A stretch of 64,000 bases of DNA from Candidatus Colwellbacteria bacterium (GTDB lineage Bacteria; Patescibacteriota; Minisyncoccia; UBA6257; Colwellbacteraceae): NCBI GenBank assembly GCA_016176525.1, contig JACOWZ010000003.1, forward strand, positions 63,554 through 127,553, read 5' to 3'. This document shows positions 54,514 through 64,000 of the stretch, in pieces. The position numbers and the translations under genes were made by a program. Position 1 is the first letter of the stretch, and each line of letters begins with the position of its first letter. Under the pieces are notes generated by a model that had not been told where the DNA came from, ran no database searches, and was given only the letters and a program-made list of their open reading frames with translations.

Positions 54514-55966
54514 ATTAATAGCCGCTATATTTGTACCGGCAATAATAGGAATAGGATTCTTGGCAATGCCCGATCCAGAAAACAAGACCAACCTAACCAA
54601 TAATGTTTATATAGTAGAGCTTAAAGATGATGGATTTTACCCAATGGAGATTACTGTACAAAAGGGCGACTCGGTAAAATTTATAAGTGATGCATACGAT
54701 TATTTCTGGCCTGCAAGCGACCCGCACCCAACCCACGAGTTTTTAGGCGGCTTTGACCCAGAAACTGCAATTGAACGCGGTGAAAGCTGGGCTTACACTT
54801 TCAATGAAACCGGATCTTGGAACTACCATGACCACATCCACGTATCATTTAAAGGGACTATAAATGTTGTGAGTAATTCTTCGCAACAAGAAACTTCGCT
54901 TACAGAAGATTGCGAATCCGTAACAGACGAGAATAAGAAAGCATATTGCTGGTACGAAGCCATTAAAGATAAGGCGAAAAATCAGAGTATTGACGCAGCA
55001 TTTTCATTATTTACAAAAGTTTATGCAGAGGGAGCTCCCCTAGGCTGCCACTGGACATCGCACTTAATTGGAGAAGAAGCTTTTAAGAAATTTATAGAAG
55101 GCGAAAGGTTCCAAATTACGAACGCAACATCTTATTGCGGGTATGGCTTTTACCACGGCTTTATGGAGCCGTTGCTCCGTAAAAATCCAGATACAAAGCT
55201 TGCCATTGATTTTTGCGAAGAAGTAGCGCGGCAATTGGGAGACGACGGCAGAAACAACTGCTACCATGGCATCGGCCACGGCTTTAGCGAAGACCCGCCG
55301 CCAGCGGAGACTTTTGGGAACGCGAACCTAATGGCGAGGCCGGGCTTAAGCGTTTGCGAAGGTTTATTTGAAAAAGTTTCCCAGAGGTATTTGGAAACTT
55401 GCGCAACTGGCGTATACACTGTTGTCGCCCATTTTATAGAAGAAGGGCTCTATGGGTTGGAGAAGCTGGATCACCACGACCCGTTTAAATTTTGCAGAAC
55501 ACAACCCAAAAAATATGAAGTTGCATGCCATGGAGAATTTGCTCCAAAATTAGACTTAATAACAAACTGGGATGTTTCAAAAGTGCCAAGCTTTATAGGC
55601 GAACTAGAGGATGTATACACTAAAGAAATAGTAATAAGAGGAGCAGTTGGAGCAATGATGCAAAGGGACGTAGCTAAAAAAGATCATACAGCTTATATTC
55701 TAGGCTGTAGAACATTTCCAGAAGACCTACGCATTATTTGCCTTAAGGGTATTGTTTGGGGATTTATGATGCACGGATTACCCGAACAAGAGTACATAAA
55801 ACTATTGAAATTCTGCGAATCACCGATGACAAAAGTTGAAGAAAACTTCTGCTATACAGAAAGCTTTTCCAGATTCAAGGCAGTTTATGCCCCGGGAAAA
55901 TTCCAGACGATATGCTCTCTAGACGACAAATATAAAGAGTATTGCAACACAGCAAATGAAAACTAA
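54503..55966 (+). CDS. Cys/His-rich paralog 4 with N-terminal cupredoxin-like domain
   Basis: 487 aa. TM, then ~95-aa beta-sandwich-like domain (FYPMEITVQKGDSVKFISDAYDYFWPASDPHPTHEF…WNYHDHIHVSFKGTINVV). Then GCHWTSHLIGEEAF, YCGYGFYHGFMEPLL, NCYHGIGHGFSED. Confidence 0.65.
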   Translation: MPIKLIAAIFVPAIIGIGFLAMPDPENKTNLTNNVYIVELKDDGFYPMEITVQKGDSVKFISDAYDYFWPASDPHPTHEFLGGFDPETAIERGESWAYTFNETGSWNYHDHIHVSFKGTINVVSNSSQQETSLTEDCESVTDENKKAYCWYEAIKDKAKNQSIDAAFSLFTKVYAEGAPLGCHWTSHLIGEEAFKKFIEGERFQITNATSYCGYGFYHGFMEPLLRKNPDTKLAIDFCEEVARQLGDDGRNNCYHGIGHGFSEDPPPAETFGNANLMARPGLSVCEGLFEKVSQRYLETCATGVYTVVAHFIEEGLYGLEKLDHHDPFKFCRTQPKKYEVACHGEFAPKLDLITNWDVSKVPSFIGELEDVYTKEIVIRGAVGAMMQRDVAKKDHTAYILGCRTFPEDLRIICLKGIVWGFMMHGLPEQEYIKLLKFCESPMTKVEENFCYTESFSRFKAVYAPGKFQTICSLDDKYKEYCNTANEN

Positions 55967-57386
55967 AGCTATATTTGTAATTGCGGGTTTAATAGCGATT
56001 ACAGTTGCGGGAATATACGCAACCGACATTCAATCTCTAAAGCAAGGAGAGCGCGTGATTGAGTTCCGTGAAGACGGCTTTTCCCCCAACGAGCTAATGA
56101 TAAAGCTCGGCGAAAGTGTTACTTTTGTCGGGAAAATTGACAGGGCTTTTTGGCCGGCCTCCGACATGCACCCAACACACCTTAAATACCCGGAATTTGA
56201 CCCCAAAGAACCGCTACCTCCGTTTGGCAGCTGGTCGTTTAAGTTTACTCAAGCCGGAGATTGGGCTCTCCACGACCATCTAGCGCCATATTTTACCGGC
56301 GTTATACATGTAAAAGCTGAAAGTGAGTCTAGTAAAAGCGACCCTTGCGCGGAGAACTCAAATTCTTTGGACTGCTCGGAAAAATTAATACTCTCTACTA
56401 TAAGAGCAAAGGGGCTGGAGCCTGCTTTTGATTTGCTTGCTCGGATATACGATCAAAACCCTGAATTCCCAGGGTCGTGCCACACCGTTACACACAATAT
56501 GGGAATAGTTGCATATAAAAACTTTCTTAAAGACAAAGATGCTGTTATAACCCCTAAAACCGCTTTTTGTGCAAGCGGATTTTACCACGGTTTTATGGAA
56601 GCGCTTTTAACTGCTAATAGAGATCCAATAGCTGCAAAAGAATTCTGCGCTTATATAGATGAAAGATTGAGTGTATCTGCGCCTGACGCGGCGCTTCAAT
56701 GCTATCATGGCATCGGCCACGGCGCGATGGACATTGCAATATTGTCTGCTGTGGATAAAAGCGAAGAATCACTCATAGAACCGGCTTTAAGGCTTTGCGA
56801 AAAAACTTCGGATTCTGAAGAACAGTTGTATAGATGTTCATCTGGAATTTTTAACGGTATAGCTAACTTTTACATTACCGGCGAGCACGGATTATCTGCG
56901 AACAAAAAAAATCCTGCATGGGTTTGCGATAAACAGCCGGATACATATAAAGAAAGCTGTTATGGAAATATGAACTCCGTAATGTTGTGGGCTGCCGGCA
57001 ATGAATTTAGTGACGCTATAAAGTTTGTGGAAAATATTAAAAATGATTTGTATGCAATACCATCCGCCAGATATTTGGCAGGGCTCGCTGCTCTAAAGTT
57101 TTCAAACAACTACGACCAAGCCATAACTGCCTGCAGAGCAACGCAAGAAAGGCTCTACAAATCTTGCATAGAAGGCTTTGCGCACGGATTTTTAGAACAT
57201 GGAACTCCCGGGCTTGAATATAAAGATGCTTTTAGTTTTTGCAAAGCCGAATTAATGAGCCTAAACGAAAGAGAGGTATGTTTTAAATATGTTTTATCTA
57301 ATATACACGGATGGTATGCCGCAGAAAAAGCAAAAAACATTTGCGAATCTACAGAAGTAAATTACAAACACTACTGTAAGAGTTAG
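55956..57386 (+). CDS. Cys/His-rich paralog 5 with N-terminal cupredoxin-like domain
   Basis: 476 aa. TM, then (FSPNELMIKLGESVTFVGKIDRAFWPASDMHPTHLKY…WALHDHLAPYFTGVIHV). Then SCHTVTHNMGIVAY, FCASGFYHGFMEALL, QCYHGIGHGAMDIA. 11-nt overlap with paralog 4. Confidence 0.65.
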   Translation: MKTKAIFVIAGLIAITVAGIYATDIQSLKQGERVIEFREDGFSPNELMIKLGESVTFVGKIDRAFWPASDMHPTHLKYPEFDPKEPLPPFGSWSFKFTQAGDWALHDHLAPYFTGVIHVKAESESSKSDPCAENSNSLDCSEKLILSTIRAKGLEPAFDLLARIYDQNPEFPGSCHTVTHNMGIVAYKNFLKDKDAVITPKTAFCASGFYHGFMEALLTANRDPIAAKEFCAYIDERLSVSAPDAALQCYHGIGHGAMDIAILSAVDKSEESLIEPALRLCEKTSDSEEQLYRCSSGIFNGIANFYITGEHGLSANKKNPAWVCDKQPDTYKESCYGNMNSVMLWAAGNEFSDAIKFVENIKNDLYAIPSARYLAGLAALKFSNNYDQAITACRATQERLYKSCIEGFAHGFLEHGTPGLEYKDAFSFCKAELMSLNEREVCFKYVLSNIHGWYAAEKAKNICESTEVNYKHYCKS

Positions 57387-57417
57387 TGCAGACGGCACTT
57401 TTACGAAAATCTTTGAA

Positions 57418-57529
57418 TTGCTGGCAAAACCTACTTTCGCCGATAAACAACTATCATCGGCACGCAACACTTTCACTTCTCTGTTCGGAATGGGAAGAGG
57501 TGGGCCATATTGCGTTAAATCACCAGCAA
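57418..57529 (-). rRNA. rrf: 5S ribosomal RNA
   Basis: Minus-strand sequence TTGCTGGTGATTTAACGCAATATGGCCCACCTCTTCCCATTCCGAACAGAGAAGTGAAAGTGTTGCGTGCCGATGATAGT…GCCAGCAA matches the 5S consensus (CCCACCTGATCCCATGCCGAACTCAGAAGTGAAAC…GCCGATGGTAGT) with terminal helix I pairing. Confidence 0.8.
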
Positions 57530-57580
57530 ATCAAAGATTTCCAAATTTAGAACAAACATTGTAATGACCAGTTTCTCACT

Positions 57581-60678
<3,098 letters not shown>

Positions 60679-61003
60679 TGAGAAACTGATCATTACAATG
60701 CTTGTTCTGCCTCGATTCCACAAAGACCCTTAATCTTAATTAGAATCGAGCTATATAGGACCTCCCCTGAAAATATAATTAATGTATCGCGGCTAACTAT
60801 ATTTTCAGGGTAGGTCCAGGTTTTTAATAATCAGTCTTCCAGGAATTTAAAAAACCCCTAGAGTAGGGGCTCTAAAAGACGCGAAAAAACGCGCCTCAGA
60901 TCCCCGCCTTAAGTGTTTTTGTTACAAATATCATCTCCAGTTGTATTGTCATTATAAAAGATAGAGTTTTAATGTCAAGAGGTATGCAAGCCAAAAACAA
61001 AAA

Positions 61004-61060
61004 GCCCCGTCCTGTCTTGCTAAGCCCTCACTGCTTAGCAAAACAGAAACGGAACTTTTT
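61004..61060 (-). terminator. candidate terminator downstream of the 61100..61798 gene
   Basis: TTGCTAAGC-AGTGAGG-GCTTAGCAA hairpin on minus followed by GACAGGACGGGGCTTTTTGTTTTTGG. A second hairpin CCCCTA-CTC-TAGGGG + TTTTTT lies at 60849-60870. Confidence 0.35.
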
Positions 61061-61099
61061 ACATGAAACATTATAGCACACCCCGCACTGCGGGAGAGG

Positions 61100-61798
61100 C
61101 TATCTTTTTGATTCCATTTGGTCTCTAAACCTAGAGAGCAAGTGAGCAGCATATTCTTTGCCGCCCAAACCAAATGCTATACCTCCTGCCAAAGCTAACA
61201 TAGCTATTACGCCGGTCACTAGGGTCTGTATTATCTCAACAGCGATACCAAGCTGTATTAAAGCAGCTCCAATACCGGTGATTATAATAGCCCACCACGC
61301 AACCGAACCCAAAGTTTTGCCTGCCTGCAGTTTTGCTCCCATTACAGAAGCTTGAATAATTCCCTTCAAGAAGCTGCCCAAAAGGACTGCTCCAAGAAGA
61401 ATTATAACTGCCGCTACAACTCTTGGGATATACGTAAGAAGAGGTGCAACTAACGCAGAGACTGTGCCGCTGCCGAACAAAATGTCGGTAACCGCCAAAA
61501 CTGTTACGATGACGAAGAACCAGTAAGTTAATCGTCCAAAAAATCTGGAAATGCTAAGGCGCAAACCAGACCTTTCAAACTCTTTATCTAACCCAGTTCT
61601 CCCTACTATAGAATCAACTTTTGTGGCAACCAACACTCTTTCAACCAAGTGGCCTAAACCAGAAGCAACTATTAAACCTACAATGAAAATTAAAAGGCCT
61701 CCAAAAAGCACAGGAACATACATAGCAATTATCTGCCAAACTTCCAATAAAGAGGCCGATACAGCTTCTGTCCAGTCCTGAAATGACGTTGTAACCAT
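61100..61798 (-). CDS. hypothetical polytopic membrane protein with internal duplication (mechanosensitive-channel-like TM repeats?)
   Basis: 232 aa, ~5 TM helices. Two halves with similar G/A/I/L-rich helices. No catalytic motif. Confidence 0.55.
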   Translation of the reverse strand: MVTTSFQDWTEAVSASLLEVWQIIAMYVPVLFGGLLIFIVGLIVASGLGHLVERVLVATKVDSIVGRTGLDKEFERSGLRLSISRFFGRLTYWFFVIVTVLAVTDILFGSGTVSALVAPLLTYIPRVVAAVIILLGAVLLGSFLKGIIQASVMGAKLQAGKTLGSVAWWAIIITGIGAALIQLGIAVEIIQTLVTGVIAMLALAGGIAFGLGGKEYAAHLLSRFRDQMESKR

Positions 61799-61975
61799 AA
61801 TCTATATTTTATATTCTAGAATTTTGTTTCGACCTTTTTGATTATAACGGTTTAAATTATAGCAAAAAATGCCCAAAAAACGGGTTTTTAAGTGTGGATA
61901 ACTAAAAAGCGCTATTTTGCCCCGAACCACAAAATAAACACACCTCCTCGCGCCTTAAACTAGCTAAAATTTAGC

Positions 61976-63361
61976 TCAAACGCCGTTCGCGGCTATTTTG
62001 TGGTTCGGGGCTGGATCAAATATTGATTTAGGCAGCTTTTTACCTTGCAAAAACAAAGATATACGTTTGCCGCCGTAAATTGACGGGAGAATCCCTACGC
62101 CATTACACCCCAAGTTATACATCAGAACAGGATTTAGCGGCTCGGGACCGATAATGCGCAGGCCCGAAGGCGTGTAACCCATAAGTCCGTGCCATTTAAA
62201 TTTGTATTCAATGTTATTTTTAGGAGCGTATTTATAGGTTTTATGTATAAACTGGTCTATATCGTCTTCCATCTCTTTTGGAAAATCATGATTTTGCGGT
62301 TGATAAAATCGGGTATCTTCCATTACCGCTTCTGGGCCGCCAATAGAAACAAGATTATGTCCATTATCTTTCTCACCTTCATATGGCCTACGCGTAAGAT
62401 AGTAATATACTGGATCTTCAGAAGTTTTTAAGTAACTGATTGCAGTCGGCGGCTTGCTTGGTTTCTCTAAAAAGCCCGCCATGTAACCGACGGCACCTAC
62501 AACACTCTTATGAAACTTGGAATTAATATCTGGGCCTTGGTTGTTTACAATATCAATTTTCTCAAACCCGTTAGTGCAGAGCACAACCTTGCCCACTATT
62601 ATTTTCCGGTTATCTAAAATTAACTCTGCATTATTTTTATTTAACGTTATTTGAGAAACAGGCGCCTTTTCGCCTAAATAAAAACGTCCCGGGTATTTTG
62701 TAATCAAGTACCCTACAAGCTCTTCGGTAAACGAAGCGCTATTCATAACTCCCTTCCTGGTAGCCACTGCGGCCACATAGCTCTTATCCTCCGTTTCCAG
62801 CCGCGCAAGAATTTCTTTATGTGGAACCAAAACACAAAAATCTTTTAATTCATTCGGAAGTTTCTCTGTAATAACTGTGTCGCCACTAACAAGCACATGC
62901 TCAAAATTAATGCCAGCATCCAGGCTATATTTTCTGTTTTTTAAATGAATTATAAGCTCTTCTAAATCTTTAATGCCAGCGTATCCAGTAAATTGAGAAA
63001 AATGGGTTTTAAGTCTCGCTTCGTTGTAAATTTCTTCGAGCAACAACCAAGCTGAATCAATATCATCTTGTGCGCGCGCAGCAAGTTTTAATCCAAATTT
63101 TTCTACAAGTCTTGCAAATTGCTGCTCAAAGTAACTCACAATCTGCCCGGCATTGTGGCCTGTTGCACCATGAGCTACATAGCCTGCTTCAAGGAGTAAT
63201 ACTTTCTTGTCTGTATTATTTTTCAGCGTAAAATAAGCAGTAGAAACGCCAGCAATCCCGCCCCCTATAATAGCAACATCTGGTTTAATCTCTTTTGGCA
63301 ATTCCGCCGGTGGGCGCGTGCGCTTTAATTGTTTTATCCAAGGCGAATTATTAATAATCAT
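61976..63361 (-). CDS. FAD-dependent oxidoreductase (DAO/glycine-oxidase-like family)
   Basis: N-terminal dinucleotide-binding motif DVAIIGGGIAGVSTAY. 461 aa. Confidence 0.8.
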   Translation of the reverse strand: MIINNSPWIKQLKRTRPPAELPKEIKPDVAIIGGGIAGVSTAYFTLKNNTDKKVLLLEAGYVAHGATGHNAGQIVSYFEQQFARLVEKFGLKLAARAQDDIDSAWLLLEEIYNEARLKTHFSQFTGYAGIKDLEELIIHLKNRKYSLDAGINFEHVLVSGDTVITEKLPNELKDFCVLVPHKEILARLETEDKSYVAAVATRKGVMNSASFTEELVGYLITKYPGRFYLGEKAPVSQITLNKNNAELILDNRKIIVGKVVLCTNGFEKIDIVNNQGPDINSKFHKSVVGAVGYMAGFLEKPSKPPTAISYLKTSEDPVYYYLTRRPYEGEKDNGHNLVSIGGPEAVMEDTRFYQPQNHDFPKEMEDDIDQFIHKTYKYAPKNNIEYKFKWHGLMGYTPSGLRIIGPEPLNPVLMYNLGCNGVGILPSIYGGKRISLFLQGKKLPKSIFDPAPNHKIAANGV

Positions 63362-63364
63362 ACT

Positions 63365-63435
63365 GTGGACCTAGCCAGAATCGAACTGGCGTCTCTACAA
63401 TGCGAATGTAGCGTCTTACCACTGGACCATAGGCC
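63365..63435 (-). tRNA. tRNA-Ala (anticodon CGC)
   Basis: GGGCCTATGGTCCAGTGGTAAGACGCTACATTCGCATTGTAGAGACGCCAGTTCGATTCTGGCTAGGTCCA. G3:U70 pair. Anticodon loop TTCGCAT. Confidence 0.85.
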
Positions 63436-63499
63436 CGAACGAGATTATATTACCAGATTCTTTGACTAAGTGAAGCTCACTTTGTAATATTTAAGGGTT

Positions 63500-64000
63500 A
63501 TGGATTTACACATAGCAACCCAAAATAAGCCCAACAACAAAATTGTCCGAGACTATGACAAGCTTTTAAAAGTTGTTGAGGGCCTGCGGTTAATCGGCTT
63601 GAAGATAGTTGTAACAATCGGCTCTTGGGATTTGCTGCATATCGGCCACGTTAGGTACTTGCTAAGAGGCAAGTCACACGGTGATGTGTTAATTGTAGGT
63701 GTGGACACAGATCAAGCAGTGCGCGCGTATAAAGGGCCGCTGCGCCCGGTTGTGCCAGAAGGTGAACGGTGTGAAATGCTCTCGTATCAAAGCTGCGTTG
63801 ATTTAATAACAATGGTGGACGATGTAGAGAAAGGCGGCAAGTGGAACTACGGTTTAATAAAAAAAATAAAACCAGACGTCTTTATAGCTGTCGAAGACAG
63901 TTATCCTCCAAAACAACTTAAAGAAATTAAAAAATACTGCAAGCGTGTTGTTGTACTGCCAAGACAAGCAGAGAAAACTTCTACAACGCAGATGATTCAA
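63500..64000 (+). CDS. cytidylyl/adenylyltransferase-like protein (RfaE domain II / glycerol-3-phosphate cytidylyltransferase family), 3'-truncated by window end
   Basis: ATG at 63500, open through 64000 (167 codons). Nucleotidyltransferase HxGH motif in VVTIGSWDLLHIGHVRYL…GDVLIVGVDTDQAV. Not in the ORF track because no stop lies within the window. Confidence 0.7.
   Translation, partial: MDLHIATQNKPNNKIVRDYDKLLKVVEGLRLIGLKIVVTIGSWDLLHIGHVRYLLRGKSHGDVLIVGVDTDQAVRAYKGPLRPVVPEGERCEMLSYQSCVDLITMVDDVEKGGKWNYGLIKKIKPDVFIAVEDSYPPKQLKEIKKYCKRVVVLPRQAEKTSTTQMIQ

Overview
This 64 kb window comes from an AT-rich bacterium with compact, tightly packed genes. It uses the standard genetic code (no in-frame UGA in long conserved genes such as rpoC). 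Much of the gene content is low-complexity surface or secreted proteins. I infer an uncultivated Patescibacteria/CPR-like lineage, but I cannot confirm that from sequence alone.

The housekeeping backbone is readable by eye:
- typA/bipA
- leuS, metG, glyQS
- a TatD-like DNase and an M16 peptidase
- recO
- pyrE and pyrF
- an ECF sigma / anti-sigma module
- rplS and an RluA-family pseudouridine synthase
- dprA, topA, a Rel/SpoT enzyme and parB
- the rpsF-ssb-rpsR cluster
- rpoC-rpoB, mltG and ftsW/rodA

Eight tRNAs are present (Ala-GGC, Ser-TGA, Leu-GAG, Val-GAC, Ile-GAT, Leu-CAA, Ala-CGC, plus a tRNA-Leu 3' fragment). A 23S-5S rRNA pair lies on the minus strand, not linked to any 16S. Its leader and trailer are complementary, forming a processing stem.

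The most unusual region is 49.1-57.4 kb:
- a GC-rich island encoding a lipoprotein with a PKD domain and a metzincin-type HExxHxxGxxH protease;
- a small membrane-anchored protein with a cupredoxin-like domain;
- an operon of five tandem paralogous, membrane-anchored Cys/His-rich proteins that share three CxHGxGHG-like motifs (two of them fused to cupredoxin-like domains). I do not recognise this family, and it is my best candidate for an undescribed extracytoplasmic metal/redox system.

Other notable observations:
- a giant surface protein with a ~150-aa Tyr/Gly/Gln repeat domain (~45 % Tyr) following a Gly12 tract;
- two conserved genes (pyrF and a wHTH regulator) whose conserved N-termini lie upstream of any ATG/GTG/TTG, implying non-canonical start codons;
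- a diverged duplicate of the anti-sigma periplasmic domain carrying a 98-nt patch identical between the two copies;
- tRNA-Leu 3'-end debris and a ~22-nt direct repeat next to an intact tRNA-Leu (possible integration scar);
- a conserved AGTTATT-repeat element upstream of several tRNAs;
- several long inverted repeats.
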